From assembly GCF_009834535.1 (NCBI RefSeq), contig NC_045696.1:118608001-118672000 (forward strand): a stretch of DNA of 64,000 nt. Reading direction: 5' to 3'. Position numbers and translations under genes: made by a program. Origin of the DNA: Camelus ferus. Lineage: Eukaryota. A model generated the notes under the pieces. That model was not told where the DNA came from, searched no databases, and saw only the letters and a list, made by a program, of their open reading frames with translations. This document shows, in pieces, positions 49,540 through 61,157 of the stretch; positions within the stretch are counted from its first letter, which is position 1; each line of letters opens with the position of its first letter.

Positions 49540-50685
49540 ATATGCTAATGACCCCCAAGTTGGATTCTCAGTCTTGAATGCCCCTCCACGCTCCAAAATC
49601 ATCCAGCCGTCTTTGTGACAGCCCTACTTAGATGTTTAACAGGATCTCAACCTCAGCGTGTCCACGAAGGACCTCTTGGTCTCCCCAAAACGTGCTCTTC
49701 CCTTAGTCTTTTAGGTATCATTTCTTTTTTTTAAATTTTATTGATATGGTTTATTGTGTAATTAGGTTTTTGAATGTTTTTTTCAACATCTTTTATTGAT
49801 TTATAATCATTTTACAATGTTGTATCAAATTCCAGTGTAGAGCACAATTTTTCAGTTATACATGAACATATGTATGTTCATTGTCACATTTTTTTCTCTG
49901 TGAGCTACCATATAGGTATCATTTCTTAAGTCAGAATCCTAGAAGTTATCCTTGGTGCCTCCTTTTTCTCATCCTACTCATCCAATTGCTTAGAAACTCT
50001 TTTTCACTCACATCCATCTTGCATGTACCCTCCTCTCTCCAGCTCTGTGGCAGCCTTTGTAATCAGGCTACCATCCCCTCTTGCCATGGATTATACCCTG
50101 ACAGGTCTTTCTGCTAAAACTCATGCAACCCTCCACTGTTTCCTCCAAGGTGCAACAGAAAGGATCCTGTAATGAAAATTGAACCCTTCGACACCTGCCT
50201 AATACTATTTAGAATAGAATTCACACCTCTCATCACCTTTGTCCTAAAAGGTCCCAAGTAGTCTGGCCGCTTCCTACCATTCCAGACTCATCTGGTACCA
50301 CCCTTTCCTGGGTTTATCTGCCCTTATTTTCCCACACACTCTGCTCCTCTGGGCCTCAGGGCCTTTGCACGTGCTCTTCTCTCTGCCCAGAATGCTGTTT
50401 CTACCACACTTGGTATGAGTAAATCCAGTCTCCTCAGTGTCATTTCAGAGAGGCCTTGCCTCCCCTGACATCTGCAGCTGAAGTGGAATCCCTCCTGCTT
50501 CTCTTGACTGTGACTCTTAGTTTGTTTCTGTAATGCTCCTACTACAACTTACAGCGTGTTTCCATGTCTGTTTGCTTGGTGCCCGCCCCCCTTCCGAGAG
50601 TTGGCTAGTGCTCTTTCTTCAGCACCTAGGACAGCGCCTGGCACACAGCAGGGCACACTCAGTAGGTGCAGAAGGAATACAGACG
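49540..50685 (+). mobile_element. L2 3' region (interrupted by a short L1)
   Basis: ctcagggcctttgcacgtgctcttctctctgcccagaatgct...cagcacctaggacagcgcctggcacacagcagggcac. Confidence 0.65.
49725..49912 (-). mobile_element. Very short young LINE-1 3' end (49777-49912) plus a 44-bp extra 3' segment, inside a 15-bp TSD
   Basis: TSD taggtatcatttctt at 49712-49726 and 49913-49927, EN site TCTT/AA. The L1 part closely matches the 3' end of the L1 at 20394. Confidence 0.9.
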
Positions 50686-51694
50686 GTGTGATGCTGTCAT
50701 TGAACGTTGACCTGGAGAACAAGGTTCCTGTCACAAGTATACATGTACGAGGCTCACTTTGTTTGCGAGGATTTTCTTGCTGATACACTTCTTCCATAAG
50801 ATATATTCATTTAGGTCAATTGAAGGAATGTCAAAAGAGAGAGAGAGAGAGAGCTTCAAAAAATACTCAAGATGACCAAAAGCTCCTGGCCAGAGACCCC
50901 AAGCTGGACATTCCAAGTCCACTGGTAAAGGTCTGTTGTGTGGTTACACAGGCGCTCAGCCCTGCCTGATTACTTGCAGCTAAATGACTGCACGCCCATG
51001 GCAGCGGGAACCTCTCCTAGCTGAGCGCCAGCAGCCAGGCCATCTTGCTTCTAGGATACAACACTCATTTCTTCTGGACGCCTGTCCAAATCCACTGTGG
51101 GGGCGGGGTCCACTGCAAGGAGAAATCCACTTGAATCCAAAACTCTGGTCAGATCTCTGAGACTGTATCTGTTGTTCAGAAAAAAAAATGCCGATGATGA
51201 CAAAGAAAGCATGGTGCTGAGGACAGAGTGGGTCAATGTGTTGGCAGGTCTGGGGGCTCAGTCCCCCTAGGGAAGTCATTTTCCTTCTCTAGGCCAAAAT
51301 TTCCTCATCTGGAAGCCGTGGTTTCCAAACTTCCTTTTTCAAATAGTCACAGCTGTAAGAACTGAGGTATAACTTCCATCTCTACCTCCCCCATGGTGGC
51401 CCCTGAGTCACATCTGTGGAACCCAAGGGCTCCTGCCAGCCCTCTGTGCAGTCCGTCTGGTCTGCCTGGAGGTCCCTGGGGCTCCCTTCCCTGGCCACAG
51501 GCATGGGGTCCACGGGAGAAGCCTTCCCTTGCTCACTTAAGCCAACAGGAAGATTTCTGTTCTTAGGAAAAATCAGTGATCATTTACTAATGACTCAAAA
51601 ATTATGGTGAGTATATATGGCATGTCATAAAAATGAATGATAAATCAACACTGATTATAAACTTGTCATATATTCTCACTTATAAATACACTCA

Positions 51695-53030
51695 GTTTTC
51701 CCCCAAACTGTCCATTTTTCCAGTGAGAATCAGTGGGCAAAATTAAATGCCTTATTTTATCTGGTTGTCCAGTTGAAAACCCAAGAGTCATCCTTGATTG
51801 CATTTTCTCTCCTGCTGCGCCCAACGAAGACCCCAAATCTGATTGTGTCTCCCCGTCTCTACTGCAACACCCTCTTCCAAACCCCATCACTGCCTGGTGT
51901 GTGGAATGAGCTTCCCAGATGGTCTTCCTGTTTCTGCTCTCCATCCTGTATAACCCCATTTTTCATAGGCAGCCAGAGTGATCTTTGAAAATAAAAATCA
52001 GACCATATGACTCCCTAATATCTCTAGAATAAGATCCAAGCTCCGTGCAGGCTCTCCTCCTGTTTGCACCTTTGCACTCCATCTCCTATTGCTTTCAGCT
52101 TTACTCACTAACTCTCCAGCCACCCTGGCTTATTTCTGTCCCTAAACACTTTACGTCCATTCCCACCTCAGTCCTCCGGGGTTGTGTTCCCTGCAGTGTG
52201 ACGTTTTTCCCCAGGTCTCCCCACGGCTCCTGCTCATTAGTCAAGGCTCTGCTCCAGGACCGCCTTCTCAAAGGAGCCTCCCTGACCACCTCATCTGAGC
52301 AGTCCCCATCCTGCCCGTTTACCATGAGCCCCACCCACCTGTTGTGTCGTCTTAGTGCCTGTCAGTATCTGAAGGGGTCTCATCTACTCATTTGTTCAGA
52401 ATTTATTGTCTGTTTCCCACACACCAGAATGTCACGTCTACGAGCAAAGGGAACTTAATTGCCGTCAAGAGTCCAAACTCGTTCAATAAATAAAGGCCAG
52501 TAAATCAGGAGACGAGGTGTTGGGAGGAATAGCGACTTTATTCGGAAAGCCAGCAGACTGAGAAGATAGGGGAGTAATGTCCTGGAGAACCATCTTCCCC
52601 AATGATTCAGGCTCCTTTTATACTGAAAAGGGGAGTGGGCGTGGTTGGTTGTTGCAAACTCCTTGGTGTCGGAATCCTTGTTCTTGCAGCTGTCCACATG
52701 GGTCAGGTCATGATGTTCCTGTAAACCCCCAACAAGGCAAATGTTATTCTCTGTTCTGCAACTTTTTATCTCTATGTGAGTGAAGTGTTACATCCTTAAA
52801 GGTCAGAGCCTCAGAACGGGCTCTACTGTGTATTTCAGGCTCTAGGCAACAATCTTTTACAGAAGGTGCACAGCCAGCAGGAATGAGCCCAGGAAACAGA
52901 GCACAGGGTTACAGCCAAAGGAATAGAGCTAACGTGGAGTCAGATTTGTCCTTCCCTATTACTCTGTGTTATTTCCAGCCTCTAGGGTTCCTGTTAATAT
53001 ATATCTACAATAAATGTTTATTGAATAAAT
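51695..53030 (+). mobile_element. L2 fragment split by a solo LTR
   Basis: ttattgtctgtttccc...agaatgt...agggaact | LTR | ...ccagcctctag...caataaatgtttattgaataaat. Confidence 0.6.
52460..52963 (-). mobile_element. Solo LTR, ERV1-like (~500 bp)
   Basis: tg...ctattac(t) ends. Minus-strand AATAAA (actttattcggaaagccagcagac) and TATA-like (cttttatact) elements. Interrupts a colinear L2. Confidence 0.7.
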
Positions 53031-53059
53031 ATATATATATATATATCTTATCACAACAT

Positions 53060-53350
53060 TTAGAATATCAAAAGTAAAGGATAAATCCCAAAAGTGCCCA
53101 GGAAAATGAAGCGGGTTATCTACAAAGGAGTAGAATCAGAATGGCATCAGTCTCTTTATAAGCACTACTGGTGCTAGAAGAAAATGAAGTGATACTCAAA
53201 GCTCAGAGAGAAAATTGTTTAGAGCTGAGAATTTGATACCCAGGCAAACTCCTAATTAAAAATAAGAACAAAGTCAACAATTTTTGAACATGGAAAGACA
53301 GAAAATTTGCCTTTCATAAATACTCTGAAAGAATTAGGCACAGATTACCT
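53060..53350 (+). mobile_element. Ancient L1/HAL1 ORF1 C-terminal relic
   Basis: Degenerate YKG..RIRMAS...ARR..LRE...RI.YP.KL pattern. Confidence 0.5.
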
Positions 53351-54861
53351 TAGCAAAAAACAAAAACAAAAAACCCAACAACCAAACAAAACCTTAGAAA
53401 CAGCAATAGATAGTAAAGCTAAGTTAGCATCATAATAAATAAAATAAATCCCAGAATTAAATCTGTGCAGCAGGCCTAGCGTGCAGTTAGTCCAAATTCA
53501 AAATAAGAAATCAGAAGAAGAAAACTCTCCAAAAGGAAATAATCTGAAACAAATTATATGATTAATAAACAGGAAGATTCTACTTTAAGGGGAAAAACCA
53601 TGAAACAACAAGAATAATATATCATATTCCCTTTTCTGACTCCTACTCTCAGCTGTTTCTCCTAGTTTTTAAGTAATATTCTTTTTAAAAGCAGAAAGTC
53701 AACTTTACTGAAGTGTAACTTATATACAATAAAGTGTACCAATTTCAAATATACAATGAGTTCTGACAAATGTCTGGCACATTATAATTATAACCAGTGT
53801 AACTACACTCAATCAAGATGCAGATTTCCACCTATATTGCATTTACATCACTCCGGAAAGTTCCCTGTGTCGTCCAGTCCCCCACAAGCCCACCCCAGAC
53901 AACCACTGATGGGAGCCTATCACTGTGTCTTTGCTTTGCCTGCTCTAGAACTCCTGTGAATGGGACCCGACAGTAAGTACCTGACAGTGTCTGGATTATC
54001 CACTCAGCAGGAGGTTTTCTAGAGTCACGCACGTTTGTGGCAAGTACCAGCAGTTTGTTCTTTTTATAATTGAGGAGTATTCCATTTCATGAATCTGACA
54101 CAATTTTGTTTCTCCTTTGTCTTGTTGACCATCACTTAGGTAGTTTACAGTTTTTGAATGCTGTGAATAAAGCTGTTTTGAGTCTGATGGAGGATACCAG
54201 TATTGATTTCTCTCCAGAAAATCTCAGATTGGAATCACTAGATCATAGGTGCATGTTTACCTATATGGGAAAACTTCCAACTGTTTTCCAAAGTGGTTGC
54301 ACCATTTTCACATTTTAACAATAATGCATGAGAATTAGAGTTGTTCCTCGTTCTCAGCAACATTCAGTTCTGCCTGTCTTCAATTTTAGCCATTTCGGTG
54401 TGCGTGAAGTGGCAGCTTTGGGGTCTTGAATCTGCATTTCTTTAATAACTAATGATATTGAGCATCTTCCTATGAGCTTTTGGTCACATTTTCTTTCATC
54501 AGTTGTCTGTTATGCATAATTTCTATGATATTGCTTGTTTTTTAACTGAGTTGGAAGAGTTCTTCACATACTCTGGAAACAAGTCCTTTGTCAAATACAG
54601 TGTTACAAATGTTTTATCCTGGTCTGATTTTTAATTCTCTTAACAGTGTCTTTTGAAGTACACAGTTTTTAAGAAAGTCAAATTTATTGAATTTTTGTAT
54701 TTAAGCTTTTTAATTGTTTTCTCTTTGCCCCATCTATTCCTCCCCCTCCCCTTTTCTGCCTTTTTTGAGCATTTCTTATTCTTCTACTTCAATTCATTTG
54801 TTGGCTTATTAGCTATAACTCTTTGTTTTGTTACTCTAGTGGTTTCCTAGGGCTGATTATA

Positions 54862-55202
54862 CAAGCACACCTCTTTTTCTGCTTCATTTTTTGCACGTCA
54901 CAGTTAATACATTTTCTTTCTTCTTCTTCTTCTTTTTTTTTTTTACAAATTGAAGGTTTGTGACAACCCTGTGTCAGCTGATAGTTAGCTTTCTTTTAAG
55001 CAATAAAGTATTTTTAAATTAAGATATGTACATTGCTTTTTTAGCCATAGTGCTATTGTGCACTTAATAGACTATAGCGCATTATAAATATGACTTTTAT
55101 ATGCACCGGGAAACCAGCACGTTCATGTGCTTGCTTCATTGCGCTGTTCGCTTTATGGCAGTGGTCTGGAACTGAACCTGAAACATCTCCAAGGTCTGCC
55201 TG
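54862..55202. mobile_element. Internally deleted Tigger1 derivative (MITE, ~340 bp)
   Basis: TA|caagcacacctc...ttacaaattgaaggtttgtgacaaccctg...ggtctggaactgaacctgaaacatctccaaggtctgcctg|TA. Confidence 0.82.
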
Positions 55203-56685
55203 TAAGCATCAGTAATTTATAACAGCCTACTTTTAAGCAATATTATGCCACTTTGCATAAAGCATACGAACCTTATAATAACATACCTCTTTTTCTCCCC
55301 TGTAGGATTTTGTATTAGTGTTGTCATACATTTTACTTTTACTCAGGCTATAAATTCCACACTGCATTGGTATTTTTTTAAAAAGTCAGTCATCTTCTTA
55401 AAAAGATTTATGTAATAAGAAAAAATCTTGTATATTTACACATGTAGTTACCATTTCCAAGACTCTTCCTTTCTTGGTGCAGATCAAATTTCTATCTGGT
55501 ATCACTTTCTTATTGAGGATTTTTTTTTAAAAGAGTTTTCTTGCATGAGTCTGTTGGTAATAAATTGTTTCAGCTTTTGTACATACGAAACAATTTTTAT
55601 TTTGCTGTTTTTGAAATATATTTTTGCTGGGTATAGAAATCTAAGGAGACCATTCTTTCAGTCAGTACTTTAAAGATGTTGCACCTCTGAGTTCTCACTC
55701 GCATTGCTGTCACCCTTGTTTTTGTTCTTCTGTGTATAACGTCTCTTTTTCTTTCCAGTTGGTTTAAAGATTTTTCTCTTTATCACTGTATTGAGCAATT
55801 TGATTATGATGTGCCATGGTGTAGTTTTCTTCATGTGTCTTGTGTTGCGATTCCTGGATCTCTGGGTTTATACGGTGTTTATCAGTTGTGAAAAATGTCC
55901 CACTATCACTTTTTTCGAATATATTCTGTCCCTACCACACTCTCTTCTCCTTCGTGTACTCCAGTTACACCTATATCAGGCCACCTGAAGTTGTCCCGTG
56001 GCTCACTGATCCTATGTTCTTTTTTTTTTTTTTTTTATTCTTTTTGCTGTCTGTGCTTTATTTTGGAGAGTTTCTATTATTTCTATGTCTTCAATTGCAC
56101 TAATTTTTTCTTCTGCAAAATCAAATCTGCCAGTAATTCTATCCATTTGTATTTTTCATTTTGCACATTGAAATGTTCATGTCTTGAAGCCCAGTTGGAG
56201 CCTTTTCAATATCAATTATTAGCTACTTAACTTTTTGAACATAAGGAATACAGCTATAGTAAGTGTTTAATATGCTTGTCAACTAACTCTAACATCTGTG
56301 TCAGTTCTGGGTTGGTTTTGATTCATGGATTTTTCTCCCTATTATGCGTCCTATTTTTCTGCCTCTTTGCGTGCCAGGTAAATTCTTTTTTGGATACTAG
56401 ACTTTGTAAATTTTACCTTTTGGGGTTGTGAGTATTTTTATATTCCCATAAATACTCTTGAGCTTTGTTCAGGAATGCAGTTCAGATCTTTTCAGGTCTT
56501 GCTTTTAATATTTTTACAGTGGGACTAGAGCAGGATATATTTGGAGTGAATTACTTCCCCACTACTGAAGCAAGACCCTTCTGAATACTTGAACCAATGT
56601 CCTGTGAATTATGGAGATTTCCAGTCTGGCCGGTGGCGATCAGCACTGTTCCTGGCCCTGGTGAACACCATGTACTGTTCTAATG

Positions 56686-56947
56686 CATGCATTCTCAGTG
56701 GGGGTACTTCCCCCCAAAGAGGCAAAATTTATTTTTTGAGAATAATTTTTACTGTTTATATATAAAGGAGACATATGCATAAATTTCTATATACATATAT
56801 AAACATACATACAGTACATAACTAGCTGTACAGATATACTTTAATATCTGTGGTATGAAAGTCTCATGGGGGAGAGTGAATTTGAAAATAAATGTCTAAA
56901 ATGACTCATTAGGGAGTTGATCATCTTTAGAAGGTCGAGAAGTGCTG
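56686..56947. mobile_element. hAT-Charlie non-autonomous element nested in old L1
   Basis: Degenerate ends catgcattctca...tcgagaagtgctg, with a candidate 8-bp TSD ttctaatg/ttctgctg. Confidence 0.55.
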
Positions 56948-57939
56948 TTCTGCTGATTTGGAGCGGTCCTTTCCTCTGCCACAGGGAGTTTCCTCACATG
57001 TGTGGCCCAATGCTGTGCTGAATTCTGGCAGGGGACCCCTGCAGGTCTGCTCATCCTCTGGGCGGCTCTCACCTGCCTGGTACCCTGTCCTGCAAACCCC
57101 AGCCACCTTGGCCTTCCAGATCTCTCAGCCCTTTTCCTCGGTTCAGGGGCTCTTCCAGGCTCTGCCTGGCGTCCCCCTCCTCACAACAGGTCCTGGAAAC
57201 GCTCTCAAGGTAATCAGCTGGGGCCGACCCAGGGCTCACCCCACTTGTTTCCGCTCTCTGTGGAAACACTGTCTTCTTTCCCTGCCTGATGCCCAGTGTC
57301 TGGAAAACCGTTGTTTCGTGTTTACTTTCTAGTTTTGGGTTGTTTTACACGAAGAAAACCGATCTGCTCTCATAACTCTATCTGGTCTAAAAGTGGAACT
57401 TAACCATATTGACCTTGAATGGTACAGGTCTGGGGACCTGGGATCAAAAATGTCTCCTTCCAGAAAGGTTTAGTCACACTATTTCCCTAACAAATGAGTT
57501 CCTATGCAATTATACTATTATGAAGCCTGGTTACTAGTTTTTAATTTTAGAACCAACCTTAGACAAAGCATGGAAAGTTTACCATTGCAGGACAGAGTAT
57601 TAATGCTCCCCAGAGACCTGGTCAAGGCAGCAAACAGTGACGTGGGGGCTGGGGTTGTAAGTGCAGGTGTCATGGATGGAAACCACAGGCAACACAAACA
57701 TCGCAACCTAACATAGTGTAGAATGAAAGTGTTATAGCCAACAACTGGTGTATCAAGAAATAGCTTTAGATTTATTACTAGAGCTATAGAGGTAAACCCA
57801 CAGAACTAAAATTAAAATATTCCCAGCAGGGCTTGTGGAGGGAAGGCGGGCAAAGAGAAGAAGCAGTGCAATGAGCTGTGTTTGTCATCTTCTCTAGTGT
57901 GGAGCCACAGATGCAAAGGAACACACATGCTCTCTCGAG

Positions 57940-58157
57940 CTGCGCTGTCCAGTATGGTAGCCACTAGCCACAGGGGGCAACTGAGTTATTGAAATGTGGC
58001 TAGTGTGACTGAGGGACAGAAGTTTTTATTTTATTAAATATTTTATTAATTAAAATGTAAACAAACATATAGCCACACGTGGCTAGTGGCTGTTGCATAT
58101 TAGATTACATATTATAGATGTTTCTATCATCATAGAAAGTTCTGTTGGACAGCACGG
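57940..58157. mobile_element. MER3-like hAT-Charlie MITE
   Basis: TIRs ctgcgctgtcca...tggacagcacgg, internal tagccactagccac/gtggctagtggct, right flank gtctagag. Confidence 0.82.
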
Positions 58158-59159
58158 GTCTAGAGTTTGGGAGACAATTATCAGAAGAATCAAAACCAGC
58201 AATGATTAAGCACGGTATGCTGTTGGTATTGAGGCTAAGGGGTTTGGGAGAAAGGTTTTACTTTTCATATGATACCTTTTTTATGCTTTGAGTATTTACC
58301 TTTATCATATTTTGTTACATGTCCAGAATTCTCACCCTGTCATCCCGATGGCCACAATAGTCCACTCCCAAAGAATTTTTATGATTTTTGGCTTAGAGTA
58401 AAAAATACTTTTAGAGGGAAATATTTGTTCTTTTGAATTCTAGCAGTCACATGTGAAACATGTTGTTAAGCTGATAACAACTATTCCCTCCCTCACATCT
58501 GTGGCTTTGATAAAACACAAACTTCCTCTAGTTCATAAAATTGACTTGGCATTTATCGCCTTCTGGGCCACAGAGCTTAACTTCCTAAAAACTCAATTGT
58601 TTGATTTCTGTGATCCTTAAAAAAAAGCGGTACCTTTTCTCGAGAGTAGAAGTTAGAACTTCTCAGAGGATGGGGGGCCTTTGTTGGTGGCATGAACATT
58701 CCATGTAAAGAGGGCCTGGCCCAGCCATTCCCCAGGGAACAGGACGGGCGCTGTGAGGGGCTATTGCGTCTACATTCTTCAGCATTTGACCCTTTTCGTG
58801 ACAATAAGCATATAATTATTTTGTAACCAAGTAAAACCAAGAAAAACTGGATTAAATGTAAGAAAACAAAATGTTTGCCAGTAACCATTGAGGAAAACAG
58901 ACCAACGTCCCTGACAAGGCCTGCAAGCCTTTCTCAGTGGGCCCCGGTGCCCCCAGCTCCTCATTCCTCACCCCATCCCTTTTATTCTCCGTGCTCCGGG
59001 CATGTCCTTTTAGGTCTTCAAGCACGCCTTGCTCCCTCCCACCACTGGCTTCTGCATCACACTGTTTCTCAGCCTAAATTGTGTGAATGGCTTGACTCTC
59101 CCCTGATCATTTATGCTTTCAGGTTTCAGCTCAAAAATACACTGTCTCAGGAAACCTCC

Positions 59160-59700
59160 TATGGCTGCTTGTATTTCCAAAGGTGGTCTTAACCATACCT
59201 CCTATCCCAGATCCTCTTCTGCAATGTCACCTTGCCACTCCCCTATCAAGAGGAGGAGTGATATCTCCACCCCATTAAACCTGGGCCAACTTTGCCACTT
59301 TCTTGAAGAATAGGATGCAGAATTGACCTTCTGGGACTCGCAAGGATAAACCCCAGAAGCTTCAAGAAGACTTGCAGCTTCCAGATGGGTCTTATAAGAA
59401 CATTCATTCTTGGCACGATCTCTCTTGGAACCAAGCGTTCTGCTTTAAGAAGTCCCAGCCGCATGGAGAGACCACGGGCAGATGCACTGGTCAACAGCCC
59501 CTGGCCAGGGGCCAAGTGAGCAAGCCATCTTTCAGGTCCAGCCCAGCGATGAGCACAGCCCAGCTGACGTCAGCAGCCACAAGACGGATCCCGCAAGGAC
59601 CACTGAAGAGAGCCCAACAACCTCAAAGAACCACGAGAGATAATAAAGAACCACTGGAAGTTTAGGGGGTTGTGTTACAGAGCAGTAAATACCCGGCGCA
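59160..59700 (+). mobile_element. MaLR MLT1 (MLT1H-like) solo LTR
   Basis: tatttccaaaggtgg...ccttgccactccctatcaagagg...ccact..aagtttaggggg.tgtgttacagagcagtaaata. Confidence 0.65.
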
Positions 59701-61157
59701 CCTTCCGAGGAGGATGAGCCCCCATCACACATGGCTGCACCTTTCAAGAATAACTAATGGTAATAACACAAGTCCACTGCGAGCCAGGCACTGGTCCCAG
59801 TGGCCTTACAGGCACCATCTTAATCAGTCTTCCCAAGAATCCTTTGGGAGAAGAAGCATTAAAAAAAATCCCTCTTAAGTTATGCTCCCCTCAGTACTCA
59901 GCTAGGATGTGGACCCAGGTGTCCCCTTTACAGCACTCTCGTGGGTTTGTAACGCTGCCTGTATCTTCATAATTATTTGGATTCATGTCTCCCCTTTCCA
60001 ACCAACCCAAGATGCATGGGGGTTGCAACCACATCTGTTTTTCTTCATGGTGAATCTCTGGTGTCTAAAATGTGCTTAGTAAAAAGAGAGTGAGCAAATC
60101 TGTTGCTTCTAGGGAGTTCAGATTCAGCGGAGGAATAAAACGCCAATTGCCTCATCATTCTTGACAGCTTGGTACCCACCTTGTAGTTTAGAGGTGAAAT
60201 ATGCATTGGAATTCAGAAGAGTAGAGGTAACAGTGCTTAGGAACATAGGTGTTCGAGCAGGCAGATCTGGGGTCAAACCTGATTTAAGCACTCTGTGTCC
60301 TTGGCTAATGTCATCGTGTCTTCCCCAGTGATGAAGGAGAGGGAGAAATCACATATGCAAAGTGCCCTGCACCCAGTCCTTGGCACACAGCCCCGACGAA
60401 GAGTCCTGCTGCCAAATATAACAGCTAGAGATTCCTTCCAACTCATGGCCAAGGTTAGGGCTGCTCACATTAGCTCTGACGTGAGCAACCCCTGGAAATG
60501 GTAGAGGTGTGTCCAGCTGGACAGTCTCACTCACTGGGTGGGTAAAGTCAGCAATGCTGTGACTGCCCGAAAACTTATCTTTATGATTTTTTAACTGCTT
60601 CATGAAAGATTCAACAAATTCAAAGTATTGACCTCAGTGAGGCCACCTGATGAAGGCTGCAAGCTGGCAGCCCTCCCCATTCAGTGCCCGACAGCCCGCA
60701 CTCCATGCAGGTGGACGGCATCCTCCCTGGAATGCAGGACACACAGCCTGAGAAGAGCTCTGCCCCAGCCTGGGCTCCTGGACCACATCTGCCCGCAGAT
60801 GGAGGCGGCCAGCATCTGGGGTCTAGAGGCTGTCTTTCCCACTATTCAGAGCCTGTAGCTGCTAAAAGCAGAAAACAGACCAACACCTACAATGGCTTAA
60901 GTAGCTGAGAGGATCGATTTCACAAGCAGGTGCAAGAGGAGGCAGAGCATCCTTAGTGTCAGAGACTGCCTGGGGATTTACTCCGTGGACAGGACAGCGA
61001 CAGGACTGCCGGGAGCCTGGCCCGGGGCTCAGTTTATGTGTTGCTCATGTGACTTTTCACTTCTCACTGAACTGACTGGGTGGTTGCCACATTCTCTGTG
61101 CGTTTCTGCCCAAATCTTCATTTTCCTTTACCCTTGGCAGAGCTTTACCAATTTTCT

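Larger units (their letters stand above)
53690..57410 (-). mobile_element. Ancient L1M fragments (3' UTR/ORF2 end ~53690-54700; 5'-region-like ~54715-57410)
   Basis: tgttttccaaagtggttgcaccatttt...ctaatgatattgagcatctt; T-rich strand asymmetry. Confidence 0.55.
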
